Shown here in pieces: positions 30,853-38,274 of a stretch of 64,000 nucleotides of DNA; position 1 is the stretch's first letter, and every line of letters begins with the position of its first letter. The notes beneath the pieces are model-generated. The model did not search any database, was not told the origin of the DNA, and worked only from the letters and a program-made list of their open reading frames with translations. The stretch is taken from positions 359,889 to 423,888 of the forward strand of contig CAVQUB010000008.1 in the NCBI GenBank assembly GCA_963716725.1. Direction: 5' to 3'. Made by a program: the position numbers and the translations under genes. Source of the stretch: an uncultured delta proteobacterium. GTDB taxonomy: Bacteria > Myxococcota_A > Polyangia > Polyangiales > Polyangiaceae.

Positions 30853-31016
30853 GTATAACGATCCGGCGTTCACCCGCGAACGCCGAGACCGAAGATATCA
30901 GAGAGCGCGGCGCTGCACACGCGGGCGAGTGCCGCATCAGAGTGGTCGCCCGCGGGCGCGGAACGAACTTCCACGCTTGGAAGACCGGCGGTCGTCGGGT
31001 GCAACGTGTGTTAGCC
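30853..31016 (-). repeat. attC site 8 (164 bp)
   Basis: GTATAAC ... GTTAGCC with family arms. Confidence 0.92.
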
Positions 31017-31313
31017 AGCCCCGCCGGGCGGATTCCAGCTGATCGGCTTTCGCCGCTGGTGAATGACCGCGACGATAGCCGCTAGATCGCCGACGACGAC
31101 GAAATAGACGCTGTAGGGGAACTTGCGGAGCAGAGCGCGCTGAATCGGTTCCACGACAAAGGCAAACTGTGCGGGGTTCTGCCGAATCCGCTCGAAGATG
31201 ACGTCCAGCTCCGCGAACAAGCGCTGCGCGACGGTCGGGTCTCGTTGGTAGTACCAAGATAGCGCTTCGTCGATGTCGAGCAGCGCGCTCGGGCGAACAA
31301 TGAGCGTCGTCAC
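31011..31313 (-). CDS. RelE/ParE toxin (cassette)
   Basis: RPSALLDIDEALSWY...RALLRKFPYSVYF...VAVIHQRRKP..W. Confidence 0.9.
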   Translation of the reverse strand: MTTLIVRPSALLDIDEALSWYYQRDPTVAQRLFAELDVIFERIRQNPAQFAFVVEPIQRALLRKFPYSVYFVVVGDLAAIVAVIHQRRKPISWNPPGGAG

Positions 31314-31315
31314 CG

Positions 31316-31555
31316 TCAGCGACCGGCCGGATACTTCTGCTGAAGTTCGGCGCGCAACTCACCCCAAGCGCGTCCGGCAGTCGGGTCGGCACGATAGGCT
31401 TCGAGTCGTTCGCGGAGAAGCTCGCGATGCCAGTCTGGAATGGGGACGTCCGCTCGCTCGACGATTTGGTCCCACAAAGACTCGACGTATTCGATCTTTT
31501 CGTCGACCGAGAGCGCATCGAACCCTGGAGGTGGGTTGGGGACCGGTTGAGCCAT
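31316..31555 (-). CDS. Addiction module antitoxin component (cassette)
   Basis: Paralogue of 25119-25361; TTGCCG-17-TAGGCT lies 6 nt upstream of ATG. Confidence 0.88.
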   Translation of the reverse strand: MAQPVPNPPPGFDALSVDEKIEYVESLWDQIVERADVPIPDWHRELLRERLEAYRADPTAGRAWGELRAELQQKYPAGR

Positions 31556-31636
31556 TGGCTAAGCCTAACGCTGCGGGGTGCGCGCGGCAATTTGGCTTGG
31601 TGGATGGGCAGCAAGGCACGAGCGGAGCCGCTGTCT

Positions 31637-31801
31637 GCCTAACGAGACCGCGCTCTCCCGCGAGCGCGCAGGAACATCGTAGCAGACGGCAGGGCGCTTT
31701 CCGAGGCCGGCGTGTGCCGCAAACAGTGGGTCGCCGGCCGCCGCGGAACGGACCGTGAAGTCGGCGAGACCGCGCTCGTCGGGAGCAGCAGCGAGTTAGG
31801 C
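31637..31801 (-). repeat. attC site 9 (165 bp, variant with compensatory substitutions)
   Basis: GCCTAAC..CGCGCTCTCCCGCGAGCGCG ... CGCGCTCGTCGGGAGCAGC..GTTAGGC. Confidence 0.9.
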
Positions 31802-32263
31802 AGCTCGCGCCTTGAGCACTGACACGCGGCAGCGCGGGCCAGGCCAGAGCTGAACGCGATAGTGATCGTCGCCGTCGAGGCCGTCATCGGAGAGCGTATG
31901 AAGACCGCCATAGGAGACGCGGACCTGGAGGATGCCCGGCGGGACATCGAAACGCGACGCATCGGGGAAGTAGTCAGTGCAGCCAGCGATGACGACCCTT
32001 CCGGACGGCACCTCGAGCGAGCACTGCGTGACGTGGTCCCACGGGTCAAGGTCGAGCGGAGGTTCGGCAGGGTGAACCTCCACGAGCACAGGAACCTCCA
32101 TGTTGCGAGCGGTTCCAACCCCGATGACGCGCTCGCCGATCGCGAGGAGTCTGTCGTTTGCCTCGTCGGTCCAGGACTCGGAAAGGTCGCCCTTGGCCTC
32201 GGCGTCCTGCAGGTAGAACTGGTGGTAGTCCGTAAAGAGCTCGAACTGGAACGTGGACGCCAC
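31796..32263 (-). CDS. Conserved hypothetical protein (cassette; possibly immunity-protein-like)
   Basis: DYHQFYLQD, WDHVTQCSLEVPSG, DHYRVQLWP; GTG 6 nt after the core site, stop in the attC core. Confidence 0.8.
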   Translation of the reverse strand: MASTFQFELFTDYHQFYLQDAEAKGDLSESWTDEANDRLLAIGERVIGVGTARNMEVPVLVEVHPAEPPLDLDPWDHVTQCSLEVPSGRVVIAGCTDYFPDASRFDVPPGILQVRVSYGGLHTLSDDGLDGDDHYRVQLWPGPRCRVSVLKARAA

Positions 32264-32269
32264 AGGTCT

Positions 32270-32434
32270 GCCTAACGCTCTGGCGTTCACCCGCGAACGC
32301 CGAGACTCAAGGTAGCAGACGGCACGGCGCTGCACACGCGGGCGAGTGCCGCATCAGAGTGGTCGTCCGCGGTTGCGGAACGGACGGTGAAGACCGGAAG
32401 ACCGGCGGTCGGCGGGTGAAACGCCTTGTTATGC
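32270..32434 (-). repeat. attC site 10 (165 bp)
   Basis: GCCTAAC ... GTTATGC with family arms. Confidence 0.92.
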
Positions 32435-32449
32435 CGTGACAGAATCACG

Positions 32450-32698
32450 GTGATTCTCGGGTCGGAGACTTTCGGCGCCGCCCGACGCGTCGACGCCGTG
32501 GTCTTGGATCTTCTCGACATCTGCGACCGCAACTGTCGCTGCTGCTTCTGCGGGCACAGTCGGCAAGACATCGGTGGTCTTGGTGCAGCGCTGTCGTTCA
32601 ACCGCCGGAACTTTTTCCCGCCGCGACGACGCTCGGGGCTCGCCTCGCGCGACCGGATGCGTCGGAGACTTTCGGCGCTGCCCACGGCAAGACCGTGA
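32450..32698 (+). CDS. Small unknown protein, antisense to the array (distant paralogue of copies A and B)
   Basis: MILGSETFGAARRVDAVVLDL aligns without gaps to MILGTESAVVAAERDAVISEL. Confidence 0.45.
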   Translation: MILGSETFGAARRVDAVVLDLLDICDRNCRCCFCGHSRQDIGGLGAALSFNRRNFFPPRRRSGLASRDRMRRRLSALPTARP

Positions 32699-32740
32699 AG
32701 TCTCGCCAGCGCTGCCCGCTGCATAGAGAAATGAACAGCG

Positions 32741-32906
32741 GCATAACGGGAGGGCGTTCACCCGCGAACGCCGGAGAACATCGTAGCAGAGCTCGATGCG
32801 CTGCAGCCGCGGGCGAGTGCCGCATCAGAGTGGTCGCCCGCGGGAGCGGAACGGGCGCTTGCGCAAGGCCTGACCGGCGTTCGGCGGGTGGAACGTCGAG
32901 TTAGGC
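32741..32906 (-). repeat. attC site 11 (166 bp)
   Basis: GCATAAC ... GTTAGGC with family arms. Confidence 0.92.
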
Positions 32907-32921
32907 GGCAACGGTCGGCGT

Positions 32922-33272
32922 TCACGGTTCTGGGTCGAGGCGTCCCAGGGCCTCATCCGTCGCGAGCTCGAGCTCTGTCAGCTCGGTCTCGGTCAGGGCG
33001 CGCACGAACGTGTCCAGCGCCGCCTTCGGGACTGCGCGCATCTGAAACGCGAGCGCGACGGAGTCGGATGCGGGACCGAGCTCCGTGGCTGAGACGAGCG
33101 CCGTCCCGGCGAGTCGAGCACGTTCCATGTTGGTTGTCAGCGGCACGACGAGCACCGACTGCAGCACGCCAGTTAGAGCGTCGCTTTGCCAAACGACCAC
33201 GGGGCGCCGGCCAGTCTGCTCGCGAGGGCGATGGGCTCCAAGATCGGCCCACCAAATCTCGCCCCGTTTCAC
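32922..33272 (-). CDS. mazF: MazF/PemK toxin (cassette)
   Basis: KRGEIWWADL, EQTGRRPVVV, VLVVPLTT, Q.RAV.K; GTGA overlap with the antitoxin stop. Confidence 0.92.
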   Translation of the reverse strand: MKRGEIWWADLGAHRPREQTGRRPVVVWQSDALTGVLQSVLVVPLTTNMERARLAGTALVSATELGPASDSVALAFQMRAVPKAALDTFVRALTETELTELELATDEALGRLDPEP

Positions 33273-33493
33273 CGACGGTCCTCCGCATCGAGCGCGTCCG
33301 CCCAGCCAACCAAACCCGCCGCCGCGAGGGCAGCGTCTTCGCCGCCGGATGCAGCGGCGATTCGCCGGAGATCCCATCGCGCAGGGTCGGGTCGGCGCAC
33401 CAGGATGACCCCCACCCGCTCTCCTGGTTGCAGGGGCAACGGCCGATCGGGCTTCAGCTGGCCGTCTACGTAGCGTGCCTCGACGGGGCGCAT
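33269..33493 (-). CDS. DUF104/AF2212-like antitoxin
   Basis: VEARYVDGQLKP..PLPL..GERV; TGCTATGCT 7 nt upstream of ATG. Confidence 0.8.
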   Translation of the reverse strand: MRPVEARYVDGQLKPDRPLPLQPGERVGVILVRRPDPARWDLRRIAAASGGEDAALAAAGLVGWADALDAEDRR

Positions 33494-33533
33494 GGCGCAG
33501 AGCATAGCACGGCCGGTTGCGAACTAGTGCCCG

Positions 33534-33567
33534 CCGGCGTTCGGCGGGTGCAACGTGAGTTCAGGCG
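33534..33567 (-). repeat. attC site 12, half site only
   Basis: CCGGCGTTCGGCGGGTGCAACGTGAGTTCAGGC; other arm missing, core has a 1-bp insertion. Confidence 0.75.
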
Positions 33568-33584
33568 GCTGGGTCAGGACGCCA

Positions 33585-34112
33585 TTAGTTGTTCCAGCCG
33601 GCGATGCCAGTGAACCGAAATGATCCCACGACGACCTTCGGTTCCGGGTTGCCCGGTTCAGACTTGGCGGGCGCACTGCACGCCCCATACGCCGTGACGT
33701 AGGCGATCGTGGCTGGGCCGCTGTTCTGCTGGACGCGAATGCGTTCCACGGTGGCCGAGCAATCCTCGGCAAACCAACCGGGGACAGCGGAGTCCGTTGC
33801 CGACGGGAGGAGTCGAAGGTGCGCTGGGATCGTGGCGCCGACGCTCGCGGTAGCAAGATCCGGCACTTGGAAGATGAAGCGACGAACAGGGGACCCGGCA
33901 TGCACAGTGAATCCAATCTCGACGATCCCGGGTCCGTACCCCGCGCCGCAGCCGACTGGAGAACCTTCCGCGACGTGCTGAGTCCCGCCGCCGGATAGCG
34001 ACATCTCGAGACTGCACTCCGGGGCTCGATCCTCCTCGGCTGGAGATCCGCACGAGAGCATCATCGCGAACGGCACCGGTACCGCGGAGAGCAGCTTGGT
34101 AAGCGTGTTCAT
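33585..34112 (-). CDS. Hypothetical lipoprotein (first cassette)
   Basis: ATG 5 nt after the GTTAGGC core; signal peptide ending MLSC. Confidence 0.75.
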   Translation of the reverse strand: MNTLTKLLSAVPVPFAMMLSCGSPAEEDRAPECSLEMSLSGGGTQHVAEGSPVGCGAGYGPGIVEIGFTVHAGSPVRRFIFQVPDLATASVGATIPAHLRLLPSATDSAVPGWFAEDCSATVERIRVQQNSGPATIAYVTAYGACSAPAKSEPGNPEPKVVVGSFRFTGIAGWNN

Positions 34113-34117
34113 CGTCC

Positions 34118-34134
34118 GCCTAACGTCCATTCTA
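34118..34134 (-). promoter_or_regulatory. Putative attI core (GTTAGGC) with adjacent -10 hexamer TAGAAT
   Basis: Minus strand TAGAATggacGTTAGGC; the TAG is the intI stop. No attC arms flank this core. Confidence 0.65.
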
Positions 34135-35289
34135 CCTCGGACGCTTCGGCGAAGCACCGGGTCTCGGCTCGGCGCCGTTTCCCATGATCTCCGGCGCTTG
34201 CGCCCGACGTGGCGCGTCCGGGGTCGCGTTATGCGGTTCCGCATAGCCAGATAGGTGGTGCCCGAGGGGGAGGTTGATTGCGAGCTGGTCGAGGGGGCTC
34301 CGAACGCCATGTCCGCCGCGGTTCAGGACGTGCGTGTAGATCATGGTCGTGGTGACGTCCGCGTGGCCGAGCAGCTCTTGGATGGTGCGGATGTCGTAGC
34401 CGGCTTCCAGTAAGTGGGTGGCGAAGGAGTGCCGGAGCGCGTGGCAGCTGACCGGCTTGGTGAGGCCGGCTTCCAGCGCGGCTCGCCGAACCGCGCGTTG
34501 CAGAACTGTTTGGTGAAGGTGGTGGCGTCGGCGCTCGCCGGTGACGCGATCCGTGTAGTGACGTTCTGCGGGGAACACCCACTGCCACGCCCACTCACGC
34601 GGGGCATCCGGATATTTGCGCGCGAGCGCGTAAGGCAGCTCGACGCTGCCCAGGCCGTTGCGCAAGTCGGCGTCGTGCTGGGATCGGACGCCTGCGAGGT
34701 GACGCGTCAGGGGCTCGAGCATCGAGACGGGGAGTGGGGTCACGCGGTCCTTCCTCCCCTTCCCGCAGCGGACCGTGATCTCGTGGCGATGCAAGTCGAT
34801 GTCCTTGACGCGCAAGCTCGCGCACTCCATCAGGCGCAAGCCCCCGCCGTAGACTAGCGATGCCATGAGCCACGTCGTGCCCTGAAGGCGCCCGAGCACG
34901 ACCGCGATCTCGACGTGCGAAAGCACAACCGGGAGGCGAACCGGCCGCTTCGCGCGCACCACGCCGTCGAACAAGTTGAGGTTGTGGCCGAGCACCTCTC
35001 CGTACAAGAAGAGCAGCGCCGCCGCTGCCTGGTTCTGCGTCGACGCGCTGACCTTCCGATGCGTGGCCAGGTACGACAGGAAGCCGGAGACGTGCGTGGC
35101 GTCGAGCTCGGCTGGGTGGCGCCGCTGGTGGAAGAGGATGTAGCGCCGCACCCAACCGCAGTACGCCTTCTCGGTTCGTGGGCTCAGGCCCCGCATTCGC
35201 AGCGCGCTGCGCACCTCGTCGAGCAGGCGTGGCTTCGCCAGTTCCCCAGTGGACACGCACGCACAGAAGCATTCACCGTGCCGGACCAC
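34132..35289 (-). CDS. intI: Integron integrase
   Basis: [34 protein letters not shown], integron-specific insert [46 protein letters not shown]. True start may be about 35256. Confidence 0.97.
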   Translation of the reverse strand: MVRHGECFCACVSTGELAKPRLLDEVRSALRMRGLSPRTEKAYCGWVRRYILFHQRRHPAELDATHVSGFLSYLATHRKVSASTQNQAAAALLFLYGEVLGHNLNLFDGVVRAKRPVRLPVVLSHVEIAVVLGRLQGTTWLMASLVYGGGLRLMECASLRVKDIDLHRHEITVRCGKGRKDRVTPLPVSMLEPLTRHLAGVRSQHDADLRNGLGSVELPYALARKYPDAPREWAWQWVFPAERHYTDRVTGERRRHHLHQTVLQRAVRRAALEAGLTKPVSCHALRHSFATHLLEAGYDIRTIQELLGHADVTTTMIYTHVLNRGGHGVRSPLDQLAINLPLGHHLSGYAEPHNATPDAPRRAQAPEIMGNGAEPRPGASPKRPR

Positions 35290-35405
35290 GTGAGGCGAAA
35301 TCGTGCAGAGTTCTTAGCTGTGGCCCTGGCGAAAGCAATCTTCGCCACTGGCCACGCGCCGGGATAGGTGCGGCGTCGAGAGGCGATCTCGGCTAGGTTG
35401 CGTGC

Positions 35406-36698
35406 ATGGTGCGCCGGGCACTCATCCTGCGCGCGGGCATGCCGGTGGGCGTGGTTCTGGCGACATGGTCTTGCGGGGAGGAGCGCCGCTCGCCAGCGGC
35501 GCAGTCGCAGGCGGCGTCTGCGCCCGCGCCGGCCGCAGCCACCTCGAGTGCCGCGCCGGTCGGGGCCGCGGCATCGGCGGCTCCGCCGGCTGGGCCGAAG
35601 CCACCTGGTTCGGGCGACGAGTCCGCGATCGTCCAGCTCGGTGCGCGTGACAACCGCTCGTTCGTCGTGCGCGCGAATGGGCGGGTGCTGGTGTGGGGCG
35701 ATCCGGGCCCACTCGGATTTTCCAAGGTCGGCAAGAACCAGCCGACGCCAGTGGAGGTCGAAGAGCTGAAGCGCGTTAGGCGCATCGGGCTCGGCTCCGA
35801 ACACGCATGCTCGCTCGAGACAGATGGTTCAGTCGAGTGCTGGGGACGCAATTTCGCGGGTTCGGTGGGCGACGGAACGATCGAGCCGCGTTCCAAGCCG
35901 ACTGTCGTAGCAGGACTGCCGCGCGTCACCGACTTGGTCGCGGGCGAATCGCAAACCTGGGCGGTGACCGAGGACGGCAGAGTGTACTTCTGGGGCGACA
36001 ACCACCGCGGCGGCTGGAACTCGTTCGGGCCCGTGGTCAGAAAGCCCGCGCGCGTCGAGAAGCTCGAGTCCGTCTCGCAGCTGGCGATCGGCAACCTCAC
36101 CGTCGTCGCGATCCATGCCGACGGGTCGCTCGATTACTTCGGGCGCATGTTCGGCGTGACCTGCCAGGACTTCCACGAGATCGAGTGCGATACGCGGGCG
36201 ATTGCCCAGATCCCGAGTCTCGGCAGCGTGCGCAAGCCCGCGATCGCGGCAGCGTTCTCGGCACATGCTTGCTTCGTGCACACGGCCGGGTCCGTCTCCT
36301 GCATAGGCGAGGGGCACGCGGGTCAGCTCGGTGACGGTCGTTCGGGCCCCGGTTATCGGCAGCCCAAGCCGATCAAGGTCGAGGGCCTCTCGGACATCGT
36401 GGACATAGCGGCCGGCCTGGCGTTTTCTTGTGCGGTCCGCAAAGACGGCAAGCTCTTCTGTTGGGGGGACAACGGCTGGGGACAGCTCGGCACAGGGGAC
36501 AAGAGGCGTCACCCAAGGCCCGTCGAGGTACCCGCGTTGACCGACGTGACGGCAGTCGCGCTCGGGCGCGAGCACGCCTGCGCCTTGCTCCTGGATCAGT
36601 CCGTTCTGTGCTGGGGCAAGTCGCAGAGCGGGCAAGTGGGCGACGGCACGATGGGAATCGGCAAAGCCGTGTTGACCCCGACGCTCGCGAAGCTCTGA
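35406..36698 (+). CDS. RCC1/BLIP-II repeat lipoprotein
   Basis: Repeated HAC...G.V.CWG.N..GQLG; TAGGTT 6 nt upstream of ATG. Confidence 0.9.
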   Translation: MVRRALILRAGMPVGVVLATWSCGEERRSPAAQSQAASAPAPAAATSSAAPVGAAASAAPPAGPKPPGSGDESAIVQLGARDNRSFVVRANGRVLVWGDPGPLGFSKVGKNQPTPVEVEELKRVRRIGLGSEHACSLETDGSVECWGRNFAGSVGDGTIEPRSKPTVVAGLPRVTDLVAGESQTWAVTEDGRVYFWGDNHRGGWNSFGPVVRKPARVEKLESVSQLAIGNLTVVAIHADGSLDYFGRMFGVTCQDFHEIECDTRAIAQIPSLGSVRKPAIAAAFSAHACFVHTAGSVSCIGEGHAGQLGDGRSGPGYRQPKPIKVEGLSDIVDIAAGLAFSCAVRKDGKLFCWGDNGWGQLGTGDKRRHPRPVEVPALTDVTAVALGREHACALLLDQSVLCWGKSQSGQVGDGTMGIGKAVLTPTLAKL

Positions 36699-36735
36699 GC
36701 TCTGATAGCCGCTCAACCCCATCTGCTGTTGACGA

Positions 36736-36757
36736 ACATACCAACCAGTTGGTATGT
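36736..36757. promoter_or_regulatory. Probable TetR operator
   Basis: Perfect inverted repeat ACATACCAAC-CA-GTTGGTATGT between TTGACG (36729) and the tetR start. Confidence 0.85.
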
Positions 36758-36758
36758 G

Positions 36759-37385
36759 ATGCCGGTGCCGGACGCGCAGACCGCGAAAGACAAGCTGCTC
36801 GACGCAGCGCTGTCGTTGATCCGCGAGAAGGGGTTCTCGGCGATGACGGTCGACCAGCTGTGCGCTCGCGCCGGCGTTACCAAGGGCGCGTTCTTCCACT
36901 ACTTCAAGACCAAGGACGAGCTCGGGGTAGCCGCGGCCCACCACTGGTCAACGGTGACTGGGGCGCTGTTCGAGCAGGCTTCCTATCACCGACACGAGGA
37001 CCCGCTGGATCGGGTCGTCGCTTACGTCCAGTTTCGGCGCGAGCTGCTGCGGGGCGACATCCCAGAGTTCACCTGCGTCGTCGGGACGATGGTGCAGGAG
37101 ACCTACGGCCAGCATCCCGAGATCCGCGAGGCCTGCGCCGCGAGCATCTTCGGGCACGCCGGCACCCTCGTCGATGACATCCGGGAAGCGATGTTCAAGC
37201 ACGGCGTCACGGGTGACTGGACCGCCGAGAGCCTCGCGGCCCACACCCAAGCCGTGCTGCAGGGCGCGTTCATCCTCGCGAAGGCCAGGAACGATGTCGG
37301 AGTCGCTATCGAGAGCGTCGACCACCTCCGTCGCTACCTCGAACTGCTGTTTGTCCAACCGAAAACCGAGGAGAAAGAGACATGA
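36759..37385 (+). CDS. TetR/AcrR family regulator
   Basis: LLDAA..LIREKGF..MTVDQLC..AGVTKGAFFHYFKTKDEL. Confidence 0.95.
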   Translation: MPVPDAQTAKDKLLDAALSLIREKGFSAMTVDQLCARAGVTKGAFFHYFKTKDELGVAAAHHWSTVTGALFEQASYHRHEDPLDRVVAYVQFRRELLRGDIPEFTCVVGTMVQETYGQHPEIREACAASIFGHAGTLVDDIREAMFKHGVTGDWTAESLAAHTQAVLQGAFILAKARNDVGVAIESVDHLRRYLELLFVQPKTEEKET

Positions 37386-37783
37386 ATCCCGTTGTTCACT
37401 TCGAGTTGCCATACCAAGACCGCGAGCGAGCCGAGCGGTTCTACGCGACCGTTTTCGGTTGGAAGACACAGTTCCTTGGCCCCTCGATGGGCGACCACGT
37501 GCGCGTGACAACGGCCGAGGTCGACGTACGGCCAGGAGTTCCTGCTGGGGCCCCTGCTGGAGCAATCAACGGCGGCATGTTTCCGAAGAAGCCGGACTGG
37601 CCCATGCAGCACCCATCCATCGTCATCGCGGTGCAAGACATCCAATGCGCGATGCAGGGCGTCAGCGACGCAGGCGGAGAGGTCCTGGGCGAGCCCCACA
37701 TGATCCCCAACTACGGTCGATACGTTTCGTTCGTCGACACCGAGGGAAATCGAAACAGCATGCTGGAGCCGATCACTGAATAG
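37382..37783 (+). CDS. VOC/glyoxalase family protein
   Basis: VVHFEL, FYATVFGW, AINGG, GGEVL, F.DTEGN. Confidence 0.92.
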   Translation: MNPVVHFELPYQDRERAERFYATVFGWKTQFLGPSMGDHVRVTTAEVDVRPGVPAGAPAGAINGGMFPKKPDWPMQHPSIVIAVQDIQCAMQGVSDAGGEVLGEPHMIPNYGRYVSFVDTEGNRNSMLEPITE

Positions 37784-37830
37784 TGTCCGTACGCGACGAG
37801 TGCGAAGCCGCAACTTGAAAGGGAACCGAC

Positions 37831-38274
37831 ATGAGCAACGATGTGATCACGATTGAAAGCTTGGTGGGCGCACCGATTGAAAAGGTATGGCTCTGTTGGA
37901 CAGAGCCGGTTCACATCACGCGGTGGAACTTCGCGTCTGATGATTGGTGCTGCCCGACTGCAGAGAACGATCTGACGCCCGGTGGTCGATACCGAGCGCG
38001 CATGGAAGCCAAGGACGGCAGCTTCGGGTTCGATTTCGAAGCGATCTATGACGAAGTCTCAGATCTCGAGACGCTCGCCTACACCATGACGGATGGACGA
38101 AAAGTGAAGACGGTCTTTGAGGCGCAGAAGGGCTCAACCAAGGTGACGACGACCTTTGATGCGGAGCAGGATAATTCCGCCGATATGCAGCGCCAAGGCT
38201 GGCAATCCATACTCAACAGCTTCAAGGGTTACGTTGAGGCGTACAACGCGAGTGCGGGAGGCGGGTCGAAATGA
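37831..38274 (+). CDS. SRPBCC/AHSA1 family protein
   Basis: KVW..WT.P.HI..WNFASDDW, RMEAKDGSFGFDF, Q..GWQSIL. Confidence 0.92.
   Translation: MSNDVITIESLVGAPIEKVWLCWTEPVHITRWNFASDDWCCPTAENDLTPGGRYRARMEAKDGSFGFDFEAIYDEVSDLETLAYTMTDGRKVKTVFEAQKGSTKVTTTFDAEQDNSADMQRQGWQSILNSFKGYVEAYNASAGGGSK

Noticed and set aside
31563..31569. Extra GCCTAAC as another attC core
   Set aside because: No flanking arms; it coincides with the TAGGCT -10 of the TA promoter.
25432..33567. Repeats as a CRISPR array
   Set aside because: Units are ~165 bp with gene-sized spacers, RYYYAAC/GTTRRRY ends and an adjacent intI; no cas genes are present.
35290..35405. Canonical attI or LexA box upstream of intI
   Set aside because: No GTTRRRY core or CTGT-N8-ACAG was found, and the following RCC1 gene has no attC.
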